A DNA stretch of 64,000 nt, from NCBI RefSeq assembly GCF_009914755.1, contig NC_060934.1; one strand, written 5' to 3'. The number at the start of each line of letters is the position of its first letter. Position 1 is the first letter of the stretch. Below are positions 13,100 through 25,926 of the stretch, in pieces. The position numbers and the translations under genes were made by a program. The stretch is from the human T2T-CHM13v2.0 reference genome, Homo sapiens. Below the pieces are notes generated by a model, which saw only the letters and a program-made list of their open reading frames with translations, had not been told where the DNA came from and made no database searches.

Positions 13100-14416
13100 T
13101 GACCCGGGCAGTGACTCCTATGTGATCTGAGCATGAGTTACACGGGCAGCGACTCCTATGTGATCTGAGCATGAGTTACATGGGCAGTGTCTCCTATGTG
13201 ATCTGAGCATCAGTTACACGGGCAGTGTCTCCTATGTGATCTGAGCATGAGTTACACGGGCGGTGTCTCCTATGTGATCTGAGCATGAGTTACACGGGCA
13301 GCGACTCCTATGTGATCTGAGCATCAGTTACACGGGCAGCGACTCCTATGTGATCTGAGCATAAGTTACACGGGCAGTGTCTCCTATGTGATCTGAGCAT
13401 GAGTTACACGGGCGGCGACTCCTATGTGAACTGAGCATGAGTTACATGGGCGGTGTCTCCTATGTGATCTGAGCATGAGTTACACGGGTGGTGTCTCCTA
13501 TGTGATCTGAGCATGAGTTACACGGGCAGTGTCTCCTATGTGATCTGAGCATCAGTTACACGGGCAGCGACTCCTATGTGATCTGAGCATGAGTTACACG
13601 GGCAGCGACTCCTATGTGATCTGAGCATGAGTTACACGGGCGGTGTCTCCTATGTGATCTGAGCATGAGTTACACGGGCAGCGACTCCTATGTGATCTGA
13701 GCATGAGTTACACGGACAGCGTCTCCTGTGATCTGAGCATCAGTTACACGGGCAGCGACTCCTATGTGATCTGAGCATGAGTTACACGGGCGGCGACTCC
13801 TATGTGATCTGAGCATGAGTTACACGGGCAGCGACTCCTATGTGATCTGAGCATGAGTTACACGGGCGGTGTCTCCTATGTGATCTGAGCATGAGTTACA
13901 CGGGCAGCGACTCCTATGTGATCTGAGCATGAGTTACACGGGCAGCGTCTCCTGTGATCTGAGCATCAGTTACACGGGCAGCGACTCCTATGTGATCTGA
14001 GCATGAGTTACACGGGCGGCGACTCCTATGTGATCTGAGCATGAGTTACACGGGCGGCAACTCCTATGTGATCTGAGCATGAGTTACACGGGCGGTGTCT
14101 CCTATGTGATCTGAGCATGAGTTACACGGGCAGTGTCTCCTATGTGATCTGAGCATGAGTTACATGGGCAGCGACTCCTATGTGATCTGAGCATGAGTTA
14201 CAAGGGCAGTGTCTCCTATGTGATCTGAGCATGAGTTACACGGGCAGCAACTCCTATGTGATCTGAGCATGAGTTACACGGGCGGTGTCTCCTATGTGAT
14301 CTGAGCATGAGTTACACGGGCAGTGTGTCCTTTGTGATCTGAGCATGAGTTACACGGGCAGCGTCTCCTATGTGATCTGAGCATGAGTTACACGGGCAGC
14401 GACTCCTATGTGATCT
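13100..14416. repeat. 38-bp minisatellite (VNTR), about 34-35 copies
   Basis: Unit gagttacacgggcagcgactcctatgtgatctgagcat; period checked at 13144 and 13182. Confidence 0.97.
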
Positions 14417-14808
14417 CAGCAGCGTCTCCTGCATGACACAGGTAGTAGCTCCTCTATGACCCGGGCAGCGACTCCTGTGTGACCCGAGCAGCGACTCCTG
14501 TATGACACAGGCAGCGACTCCTGTATGACACGGGCAGTGACTCCTGTATGACACGGGCAGTGACTCCTGTATGACCCGGGCAGCGACTCCTGTGTGACCT
14601 GTGCATGTCCTGGGTAGTGGGTGCTGCATGTCCTGGGCAGTGACTCCTCTATGACATGGGTCCTGGCTCCTGGATGACACAAATAGTGGCTCCTGGATGA
14701 CACAGGAAGCGACTCCTGTATTACACAACAGTGACTCCGATTTGGCAAGGCAGAGGTTCCCGTGTGATGGGGCTCCTGTGTGACATGCAGTGGCTCCAGT
14801 ATGACATT
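14417..14808. repeat. Degenerate 23-bp tandem repeat related to the 38-bp VNTR
   Basis: gactcctg recurs at 14470, 14493 and 14516; unit gacacgggcagcgactcctgtat decays rightwards. Confidence 0.85.
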
Positions 14809-17299
14809 GAAGTGGCTGATCCATCTTGTGCACACTTGGGGTGACTTTGGCATCATTACTGCAAGATCAGTCAGCTTTGAGCTGCAGACCATCTTTGCTG
14901 GTGCAGGGAATCAGGCCTGAGTCTGTGTCAGAAAGGTCTTTGCAAAAAGTCAATCCTGCACCCACATCAGTCAGTGCCGGTTGAGCACTCCAGGAGGACC
15001 AAGGATGAGGCTTGGCTCAAGGAAAAAGCGAGGGGCCTGGAGAGAGTGGTGATGCTTGCAAAGGGTCTCCATTCCTTGCAGCGTAGTTGCAGGCAACACC
15101 AAGACTAGCTGGGCCCTTGGAATCATCCAGGCCCACCTCACCAGGGCCACCAGCCCCACACCTGGAAGGGATGCTGTCACTCAGCACGCATTGAGCAAAG
15201 AACGGACTGAACGCAGCCTCCTGCTAGTCCTGGGCCTCCCTGGCTCCTGTGCTGCTGAGGGACCTCCCCCAGAGTTCCAGATTCTTCCGCACCAGTGATT
15301 TTAATCCATTTTGATGTCAGAGACCTGTGTGGGACTCTGGAAATTCAGAAGGTAATTGAGTATGACTCTTTTCCCAATAACTGCTGTGAAAAAACAGAAC
15401 AGATGAATTTTAGAAGAATGTCTGAAATTCAAGCATCCTGTGAGGTATCTCCACTGGTGAGTTACTTACAGCTAGTCAGCAAATGAAACCAGAGTCGCCC
15501 ACCAGTATCCTGGTGAGTCATCGCCAGCCTGAATTATTAGAAAGGGATGGCTGTCCCGGCTGGCATCTTTCCTTTCATCTGCTGCTGTTCCCTTGTCCTG
15601 TGACATCCGTGTTGTCATCCTATCAGAATTGTCAACATCACCTCATGGGTAAGAAATCAATTCCTGCTGTGTTCTCTACAGCTGCTTCTGTCTGGGAACT
15701 AAGGAAGGAGCTTTATTATAAAAGAAAATTTTTATTCAAGTTTCTATTCATGGAACTTGAAGAAATGGAACTTCCTGAAACCAAGAGGTTCAGAAGAATA
15801 GAGAGAAGATTATCATCTCAAGAGAACACGTCTCGTATCATCTGGGGGAAAGCAGGGTGGGGAGACCGTGCTCAGTGCTGCAAGTCAACCGGCAATTTCA
15901 AGAATGCCGTAAATTGGATTAAGGATTTCGCATCAGAAAATAAAGCTTTCTGCTGATATGGGGCTTTTTCATTTGGGGCTGTGGCAAACCTCATAAGCCT
16001 GTAGCACTTCTGAGAACGGAGCCAAACCAGGGTGTTCAATCGCAGAGGTTAAAGTGATTCTTTCACTGAGATAATCTAAATCTAGATCATATTGAATCTG
16101 CCTTCTCTCTGGCACGGAAACATTTTCCAAGGTATTCACGTTGGAAGTATGAATTACCCACACTCTCTTTAAAGCCCCATCCAATTAAAAGTAGATGAAA
16201 ATCTCCTTAATGCAGAGTCCTTTAGAACATGCCAGGGGTAGCAGGGAGGGATGAGAGATATATATTTATAGGAAATCTGATAGAAGATACCACCATGCAA
16301 CCTGAGGGTGAGTCTGAGAAGATATTTACTCATGACTTGTATTTCTTTTAAAAACAATTACTTTTGATATGTATCTAAAGTATCTTCTCTGTCATTTAGG
16401 ATAAAAACAGATTAGGCTTTTACTCAGGAATGAATTAGAAGCCCTGGCATTCTAGGCAGCTACAGAGTTTGTATCCGCTTGCAGAAAATTTAAAAAAAAA
16501 TAAGAAGAAGAATCCAGTGTAAGAGACCTACAAGGAAAGGTAATGTTCTCTTTGAAATGGAAATCTGCTCAGAGAGGAAGTGGTCACTGGAGCTTTAAAA
16601 AAACGTTAAAAGTAGGGAAGTTCTCCCTTCCTAGAAAATGTGAGCCGGGGCTCTGGCAGAGGACATACGAAAGACTTAGAGCAGCAGACTGAGATATTCC
16701 AGGAATGGGAGGCAACTTTAAACCTTCAGCAGGATGGGGGAGACAGACAGATGGGGACTCTGGGAAGGGACCAGGTAGCAGAGCAGGGACCGTAGGCAGG
16801 ATGTCTTGGGCCACCTCCTACCCTCCCTGGACACTGGTCCCAGCTCTGAAACCTTTGTCTTCTTTGGGCTTACTTTTATTTTGTTATTCAAAGTATTAAA
16901 ATGCAGCTCTGATTGTAGAATAACTTTTACTCTCATCAAAAAAAAAAAAAAAGCAGATGGTTTCTTTACGTCGTGGCTATGACAAGAGTACTTTGGGAGC
17001 ATTTAAGTAAAACAGTGTTCTTAAGTTTATTGGGTGGCTCTGAAGTGAGTGAGGACTTCAGTGGGGTCATCCTGGAAAGGAAAGGCAAAGGCCAGTGAGC
17101 GGGTGGGGGCTCAGTGCCATGGGTGACCCAGGTCTGGGGCTTGGCAGTCTGCCTCCCCTGTGGGAACCTGCAGTTCAAGGCCAGCCTGGACTCTTTTCAA
17201 ATCCATCCTGGCAGGAGGTGGGGAAGCAGCTTGGAAGTGCTGCTATGTGGCCATCAGGAGCAAGGACTTTCAAAAAGGCCACGCTGGGTCAAGCCCACC

Positions 17300-17410
17300 G
17301 CTTATCTGCTGTGTGTCCTTGGCAAGCTACTTACCAGTCTGATCCCTAGATTCCTTATCTGCAAAATGGGTATAATGCAGATGCCCACCTGACAAGGTGA
17401 TTGGAGGCCT
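17300..17410. mobile_element. MIR fragment
   Basis: ctgtgtgtccttggcaagctactt...ttccttatctgcaaaatgggtataat. Confidence 0.7.
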
Positions 17411-17444
17411 TAAACCGGAGAGCACAGGTGGCTGGACATAGAGT

Positions 17445-18660
17445 AAGCTGGGAAAAGCCAAAATCACCTTTGCAAAAAAATTAACAGTGAGGAAATGATG
17501 GCAGTAAAAGAGATCTGATCTAAATCCTCACCCACCTCCCACCCCCAGTCATGCCTCTCCTGTAATCATTCCTGGGCTTTGGCTAAGCCAACTTTGGGAG
17601 ACCTCTAGTTTAAGGTTTAAATGATAATAGGCCTTCCCTAAAACTCAGCTGCCTTGATAAAGCTAATGAAAGGCCATCAGGCTAGGAAGAGGGGAGAAAC
17701 CTGAATTCTGCTAAGGTGTAGACTGCTCACAAAATATACAACTTCACTATCGTAGATGAGCCTTTTGAGATCTTTTCAGGTTTTTTGCATGTCTGACACC
17801 TGGCTCTACCCAGACCACCAGCCCCACTCCTATGGCCCACCTAGAAGCAACTCAGCTCAAGAGGACAGCTCTGACCCCCTGTGATTTCATCAGCAGCAAG
17901 CATCCATTACCTGGCCGCCACCACCCCTTCTCCCAAACTGCCTTTGAAAAGCCCCTCCCCTAGGAACCTTTGGGGAGATTGATTTGAGTAATGACACCGT
18001 CTCCCACGTGGCGGTGTTACTGGCCGCAAATCTGTATAGCTCTGCAGCAACCTCAGTTCTCACCTTGTCAGAAGAAGGAATTCGATTGAGGGGCATAACG
18101 CAGAAGAAGAGACCGAGGCAAGTTTCAGAGCAGGAGTGAAAGTTTATTAAAAAGTTTTAGAGCAGGAATGAAAAGAAAGTACACTTGGAAGAGGGCCAAG
18201 CAGACATCTTGGAGGTCAAGTGCCCCATTTGACCTTGGACTTAGGGTTTGATATGCTGGCCTACTTCCAGCGTCGTGCACCCCTTTTCCGGTGGAATGCC
18301 CCTGGAAGGTTACCAGTTAAACTCCGCCATTTTGCCTCTCAATTCACATGCTTGGGCCCACTCACCCAGCTCCTGAGATCTTATCAGGAAGCTGCTGATC
18401 ACCAGCTTGTGTTTCTAGCTCTTGGGAAACTGCCTTTCCCTGGCACTGTCTGTGACCAATTATTATTTTAGAGAGACAGTGTAACACCTGCCTGACCATC
18501 ATCTGACGGTCACCTGACTTTCCTGGTAGGGTGTCAGGACAGCCCTCTCCTGCCCCGCTCATGCCTGACTAGCTACCCGCTGTAACAGCATGGCTGGCCT
18601 TATGTCAATTAAACTCTTTCTTTACTGCAATGCCTTGATCTTTTTTTGTGCAGCAGGCGG
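17445..18660 (+). mobile_element. MER39-like ERV1 LTR interrupted at 18015-18587
   Basis: gaggacagctctgaccccctgtgatttcatc motif; after the insert it resumes with caattaaactctttctttactgcaatgcc. Confidence 0.6.
18015..18587 (-). mobile_element. MER50-family ERV1 solo LTR nested in an older LTR
   Basis: tgttac...tgtaaca termini; gaggcaagtttcagagcaggagtgaaagtttattaaaaag motif. Confidence 0.72.
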
Positions 18661-19809
18661 GTGGGGGCTCAGTGCCAAGGGTAGTCTAGATTCGCGGCCT
18701 AGAAAGCCTGGCCTGTTGGGTGGTTCCAAAGCTGCGTGGTTCCCCTCAGGACTGGCGCTACCGTCTTGTGGGAATGATGGAAGTTGAATGCAGCATATAG
18801 GAAGCTTTCCTGATTGTAACTCAGCATCCTGCAGTTCTGTTCACTAAACCTTGTTAAGCAGGCCCTGGATTAAGGTCCAGAGGTTTTACAGGTTGATAAA
18901 GCTGAGCCCCTGTCCTCAAGGGCTTATATTCTCTGAGGAGGAATGACAAAGGGGCATGCTAGTTTCAGTACCTTACCAAAAGTTTTGAGGCAGCAGGATC
19001 CTGGGTCTTTGTGGGAGCACAGAGGAGGAGAGTGGGCGGCAGCTAGGAAGGCTTCCTGGAAGAGGTGGGTCCTCTTACTTTTCCATGGTTTTCTCCAGTA
19101 ATCCGCTTTGTTTTTCCCAAGAAAAATAAGGGAAATTCAGGCCAACTATCTATCAAAAAATTATTCCACATGTGTCAAAAGCTTATCAACATTTTAATCA
19201 CTTATTTGGAAAGTTACTTACCTTACAAAGTTCCCCCTTTTCAAAATGATAACAGGCTTTATATCCATAGCATAGTCACACACATACATCAAACTTTCTG
19301 CAAGCTTTAGTTTAGAGTCGAAGTCTGCCCTGTTATTTCTGATCATTGGTGATATTCGACATAGCATTTTTTAGGTGGACAGCTTGGGAAAAGAGCCAAG
19401 TCAGGCGCCCAGTTTCTACATAAATGGCACCCCACAGCCTCTCTTCACCCTACGATTCCTTTTCCCTGGCTCCAAGGCTGCTCCGACAGACGGGCTTCGG
19501 GCCACAGCTGGCAGCAGGAGAGCAAAGACAGGAGCAGTGAGGACTGGCTGACAGACTGCTGTTACCATGGCCAGAGGCCTGCGTGATTGACATGCCAGTG
19601 ATTGACCTCTTTGGCCAGCTGATGCCGCAGGTCACGAGCCAAAAGACATGAGACTCAAGAAAATATTTGTATTTTTTCAGTGTTATTCCCATAATGTTTC
19701 ATTCAAATGTACTTCTACACTGTTTTATTTTGAATGATTGCATTCCTGTTTGACTCTTTGCACAATTCAGGCCTCGGCTTCTCTTTCTTTTCTTTATTTT
19801 AACTCACAG

Positions 19810-19899
19810 ATGTGGGAGGAGGCCATTGCCTTGGGCAAGGAGCTAGCCGAGCAGTATGAGAACGAAATGTTTGATTATGAGCAACTCAGCGAATTGCTG
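19810..19899 (+). CDS. DOCK1: DOCK1 coding exon 2; [30 protein letters not shown]
   Basis: Polypyrimidine tract plus cacag|, donor |gtgagt; 90 nt, phase 0/0. Confidence 0.97.
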
Positions 19900-20232
19900 G
19901 TGAGTCTTTATTTCTTTTTATTTAAATGAACACAGGCAATCTCAGCTGGTTTTTCAGGAATCTCTCTTTCCATGTCAATGTTAGGGTTCACCCCAGGCAC
20001 TCTGGGACCTTGGCCATGTCCCTCCGTTTTGCCTAGGAAGATGGTTTTAGTTAATTTGCTGGTTGATATTTGGCCCATAAATATTTACTTTTTAGTCCCA
20101 AGTCAGCTCTTATAACCAAACTCTTAAGGCTTCTATGAACAAATTGTACGTAAACAACTGCTGACCTTGTGTATAGCGGTCTTGACAGCCCAGGAGTCTG
20201 TGAACATTTGTACTAGTTTAAAACTGACCCCA

Positions 20233-20603
<371 letters not shown>

Positions 20604-21079
20604 CTAATTGCTACCTCCTCCACCTTGTCATTTTTGTATTCAGCAGATCACCTTAATGATGTGGGAATGTCTGTCATGAATTTAGAACAGAACGATTCTG
20701 TTCCTTTAAATTCTCTTTGAACGTATCCCACTATCTGACCTATACCTTTTAAAAAATACTAAGGGCCAGCCATTTCTATGGCACTTCTTTGGTTATTGAA
20801 AACACCCATAAGTCACAACTTTTTGCTGAATTTGGGCTAGTTGGTTCAGATTCCCTTGCGGAATGATGGAGAATGAGTGAAAAATAATGTCAAAACGATG
20901 GAGTGAGATGAAATTCAGGTGCAAGCCTCAGTACCCTCTCCCACCATCTCCCTCTCCCACCATCTCCCCCTCCCACCCTATAGAAGTTGCCAGAGCTTTT
21001 AAAGAGCCCGCAAGAAGAATCCAGAGGCACACATGCTTGAATACTCAAACCTGAAATGCATTTTCTTTTTTCCTTCCAG

Positions 21080-21184
21080 AAAAAACAGGCTCAGTTTTAT
21101 GAAAACATCGTCAAAGTGATCAGGCCCAAGCCTGACTATTTTGCTGTTGGCTACTACGGACAAGGGTTCCCCACATTCCTGCGG
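21080..21184 (+). CDS. DOCK1: DOCK1 coding exon 3; [35 protein letters not shown]
   Basis: ttccag| ... |gtaaag; 105 nt; contains the DHR-2 YFxVGYYG motif. Confidence 0.97.
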
Positions 21185-21424
21185 GTAAAGTTTGGTTCTG
21201 CCTAATCTGAGCCATGATTTTTCCCCCAGCAGAAAATCCCCTTCCCGTTCTGAGGAAGGGTGGGGAGTTTGCATCCGCGTGGGATCGTGCAACTCTCTAC
21301 ACTGCCATAGCTCGGTGGTTAGCCCGGGGGGCAGAGAGGGGTTGACAGGATTTTATTTGGTTGCATATAACCTTTCTATCTGATTTTTCCGTAAAAGGAC
21401 CCTCCTTCAGAGATTTACACGTAT

Positions 21425-21900
21425 TATTTTAATTGAGGTGTGATATATGATATGTGATACTATTTGCCATCTTAGCCATTTTTAGGTGTGTAGTTCGGTG
21501 GCATTAATACAGTCACGTTGTTGTGCGGCCAGCACCACCATCTACCTTCAGAACTTTTTCATCTTGCAAAACTGAGATTCTGCATCCATTAAACACTAAC
21601 TCCCCATTCTCCCTCCTGCCAGCCCCAGCAGCCACCGTTCTACTTTGTGTCTCTATGAATCTGACTGTTGTAGGGACCTTGTATTAGTGGAATTGTACAG
21701 TGTTCGCCCTTCTGTGTTTGGCTTGTTTCACTCGGCCGAATGTCTTCCAGTTTCATCCAGGTTGTAGCATGTGTCAGAACTTTATCCTTTTTGAGGCTGA
21801 ATGGTATTTCATTGCATGGAGAGGCCACATTTTATTTATTCATTGATCCACTGATGAACATTTGGGTTGTCCCCGCCCAATGTGCTGCTATGAAGATGTA
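21425..21900 (-). mobile_element. Old L1 (L1M) 3' end fragment
   Basis: ttcagaactttttcatcttgcaaaactga...ttcatccaggttgtagcatgtgtcagaa. Confidence 0.8.
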
Positions 21901-23932
21901 TGTTTTTAATTATATGGGAAATTGGAAATGGATCTGTATGGCCACGGTGCTAGAAACTCCAAACCAGGCTCCATCCCTGAGACAGGCATGTGCTTTCAGA
22001 CATGTAATTGAAGCAGTAACCGTGATCACCTGCCAGGTGCCCATTTCCCAGTATTCACATGAGGCCAAAGGAGAAGTTACATAAATATTAATAGTGCTGC
22101 CTGGCCTACCATAGAATTGTTTATACATTTTCTCAAGAACACATTCTTTGGATGCCATTGACCAGTGGGTCATGATTTCCTGATATTTCTTATGACTTTT
22201 TTTTTTTTTTTTTTTGGACACTTGGTTTTCTCTTATCCTAGGAGACTATGTGTGATTGCTCTGGCTTTAGGAAGCAGAAGCTCTGTGTCTTGAGCACAGC
22301 CGTCTGGGGCAGTTGAAACCAGTTGGGAGATTCCCCTGGTTCCAGACGTTGTTCATTTGGGGTCCTGTGTTTCCGACTCCACGGGAGTCACTAATAGTGT
22401 GACATCTCTTCATCACGGCACCCAGAGGATACAGACCTCCCCTTAGGAAGGGCATGTCACTGTTGACAGGGGAGCACCACAGTTCTGGCCTGCTCTAGGA
22501 GGTGAGGCTGGCTGCCCACTCAGTGTCCTGCCTGGTGACGGAGGCGTCTGGCCCTGTCCTGGTCACTGCTGGTCAGCTTCTCCTCTTGCCTTCATCGTGC
22601 AGCAAAGACAGCGGTTGATCAGAAGCACAGATTCTGAACAAAGTCTTCCCTTCCAAAGAATGAATAAAGGAGGCTTAGTTACAAGCTCTAAATTAGAGAC
22701 AAATTTGAAATTAGCTTCATTCTCAATAAAAAACAAAGCTGAAGGGTGGAATGAGCTTGGAGTTAAAGCCACTTACTGTTGCTAAAGGCTTTAATTCGAG
22801 TGTGTGTGTGCTCCGGAACATACATCTTTAGGAAAGGGAGGCAGGTGGACCCTAAGCCATGCAGCCTTGTGCAGTGCTTGGTGTTAGATGGTGCGTGTGG
22901 CCCCTGTGGATGGAGATCTACCTCTGGTATGTAGGCACCAACTCTGGATCCGTGCAGGATGGTTATCCCAGAATCCAGAGCAAGGGAGCAGCCTGCGTGG
23001 AATATTATGTGAGGGCAGTGCCGGGTGCGGAGGACACGTTGCAGCTCCCGAGCCAATAGATGCCAGGTTGTGCCAGGAGCTCACACACAGCAGGCTCCAG
23101 GGGCGGTGCTGGGTCATCTCCACCACCAAAAGGACAAAATGAAAAGTCCGAATGGAGGTTAACAGGCTCGATTAATATTGAACTGACTTTCCCGCCACAC
23201 CTGGATCATTCTGTGGGTCTGCAGCAATATATTTATCACACTTCACAGATGAGCTGGCAGGGGTCAATCTGCCAATGACACTGGCAGTTACCAAAACATG
23301 GGCAGAATGTTTGCGTGCTTCATGCCCTGCTGGAGAGGAGCCTCCAAGAACTGACTAGCTGTCCCTTTTGCTTTGTTTTTCTCTAAAAATTGGTCTCACT
23401 GTTTTTTGTGCTCATGTTGATATTTATAGACCTTACAAGGAATAAATATCTTTGACTATATGTACATTTCCCCCTTGTTTTCATGTTCAGAAGGATCACT
23501 TCAGAATGCAAAGTAACTGACATTTTCAGAAAATGTTATTCGTGTTTTTACCTATAACTCACTAGCTTTTTTCTATTAAAGTCTTTATATACATTTTTAT
23601 TATTATGTTTTCTCATGTAAAGCATAAGAAAAATGCTTGCTAGTTTGATAGTAGTCTGTTATCCATTAAATCTTACTGAATTTTGGAAGTGCGTGGCTTT
23701 ATATAGAAGCCTTAGAAGTTGCTCAGACTGTATTTAAGACGACATATTATCTGGTTTCTGCTTGACTTTTTTTTTTCGGGGGGGCGGTGGGGAGAAATAG
23801 AGCATTTTTCTTCCATAATGGTACTTCTAAGACATATCTAAGCACAAAGTGAAAAAGAATTCAATTCTTAAACTGGTTCTTTTTTTAGCGATTTAGGAGA
23901 ACTCAGAATAAGCTGGGGCAAGGGAAGGGGAC

Positions 23933-24270
23933 TGTCTTAGTCCACTGGGGCTGCTGTAACAAAATACCTTAGACTGGGTACTTTATAAACAACAGGAATG
24001 TATTGTTCACAGTTCCGGAGGCTGGGAAGTCCAAGATCAAGGTGCCAGCAGATTTGGAGTCTGGGGAGGGCCATTCCTCATAGATGGCGCCTTCCACCTG
24101 TTCTCATGGGGTGGAAAGGGCAGGCAGCTCTCTGGGGCCTCTTTTCTGAGGCACTGATGACTTTCCTAAGGGTGGAGCCTTTCCAGAGGCCCCACCTTCT
24201 AATACTATCACCTTGGTGATTAGGTTTCAACATCTGAATTTTGGGGACTACAAACGTTCTGACCACAGCA
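23933..24270 (-). mobile_element. MLT1A/MST-type MaLR LTR
   Basis: tgtcttagtcc...ataccttagactgggta...gctgggaagtccaagatcaagg...gaccacagca. Confidence 0.82.
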
Positions 24271-25784
24271 GGGATCAATTGATTCAGTGTCATAGAATCT
24301 CTCTTAATCCTTTTGAAAATCCTTTAGTTAGACAAATTTTAATTTGACTTCAATCTTAGTCTTTAGGGGGTAAGTGTAAAAATATGCAGCAAAATGCTGT
24401 CCTCTCTGTCTGTCTCTGTCTCTGTTCGTCTCCCTCTCTGGCACCTGTCCAGGAATGACTGCAGATGGGGCAGGGCTGCAGCTGACTTGGGAGCAGCCAA
24501 CCTGGAGGTTCTTCCCCCGTGTCCCCTGATCAAAGAACAGAAGCACCTCAGCAACCACGCCCCGTCCTGGAAAGTGTTACCCCCCCAACCCCAGACTTCT
24601 GTTTCTTGTACCCCTGTGGCTTCTGCTCGCTGTCTTCTCCTTGTGGCAGTTTTCATTTCGGTTGAGACAGCCCCAGATGGGACAGGATGGGTGGGGGGAG
24701 GCAGAAGGCTTCCAAAACCAGCAGCAGCATTACACTAGGTACTCATTGGCCCCTTTCTGTGACCGAGTTCACACTCAGAACACACGTGTTGAAATCGGGA
24801 AAAAAACGGAGACCTGTTGTATCTTGCAAGGAAAACGTTCCTTACAGGTATATTTACAGAGGACTGTGTCACACTCAGGCAGAAATGACCTCAACAAGAC
24901 AGCCTCGTGGAAGGAAGAACACTTACCTACTTAACTCCCCTCCCCGCCCCGGGCTGCCTAGTCTAGCCTAGCCGTCTATAACAACCCCAGTGGACTGACA
25001 TTCCATCTTGGAATTTATGGAGGTGACAAAAGTGTCATTTGAGATGGACCAAACCCAGCCCTTCCAAGAAGAGCTCTGTATGTTTTATCTTGACATGTGT
25101 TGATGAATAATGACCTGCACACACATTCTGAATGCAGGAAGGGAAGTCCTGCTCTCCGTCCATCGCCAGTCACTCACTCGGGGGAGGCCAGGAACTTAGT
25201 AGCTCTCGGCTCTGGTCTGCATCCCTTCCCCTCGGGTTCTGCTCGCCTCGGCTGTGTCTCACAGGAGTCAGCGCCCGGCGGCCGTGTGCAGGTGCTGGGG
25301 CCCCACCTTAGCTCAAGCTCTCTTAAATTCCTTATGGCAGAATGAAAACAACTTCATTAGGGCCTACCTGAGAAGAAAACAAAAACAAGAAAAAGTGTGG
25401 ACATCATTATCCACTTGTCCTGGCTGCCTTGCCCCCTTCTAACCATTTCATGCCCATTCTAGTGTGGGCTTCTGAGTGCTCATTTGGTTTTTCATATAGT
25501 TTTTAAATCAGTTGTTACTGTCAAGATGAAAACATATCACAGATGTTAGTAGCGCAGTGCTGAGTGCTTCTTAAACAGTATTAACTTACATGCTTGATGA
25601 CCATGTGTTCTTGATTAACAAAGCCAACGCAAGTACAAAAAAAAAATAAAAATTACAAGTTGTTCTTAAATTTAATGACATTTTGTAAGAACCCGTAAGG
25701 CATATTTTAAGGCCAGCATATTGCATGTGAACTCTTCCTGGCCCTTTCTCTGTGGTGTTATGAAATGAATGTCACCCTTTTCAG

Positions 25785-25926
25785 GGAAAAGTTTTCATTT
25801 ACCGAGGGAAAGAGTATGAGCGCCGGGAAGATTTTGAGGCTCGGCTCTTAACTCAGTTTCCAAACGCCGAGAAAATGAAGACAACATCTCCACCAGGCGA
25901 CGATATTAAAAATTCTCCTGGCCAGT
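25785..25926 (+). CDS. DOCK1: DOCK1 coding exon 4; [17 protein letters not shown]...NSPGQ
   Basis: tttcag| acceptor; 142 nt; ends at the U12-type donor |GTATCCTTT in phase 1; not in the supplied ORF track. Confidence 0.96.

Noticed and set aside
13100-14416. CRISPR-like regular array
   Set aside because: Head-to-tail units with no unique spacers and no cas genes, in a eukaryotic intron; this is a VNTR
14312-14892. Minus-strand ORFs of 158-173 aa
   Set aside because: They are translations of the 23-bp repeat
15483-15956. 157-aa intronic ORF
   Set aside because: No recognisable domain or splice context; a length expected by chance in 64 kb
20934-20978. Three copies of ccctctcccaccatct upstream of exon 3
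   Set aside because: Low-complexity slippage repeat about 100 nt from the acceptor; the canonical pyrimidine tract is intact
21183-21193. Intron start GGGTAAAGTTT resembles the next exon junction GGGAAAAGTTT (25784-25794), hinting at intron gain by duplication
   Set aside because: Only 10/11 nt, offset by one base relative to the splice sites and partly dictated by the donor consensus; likely chance
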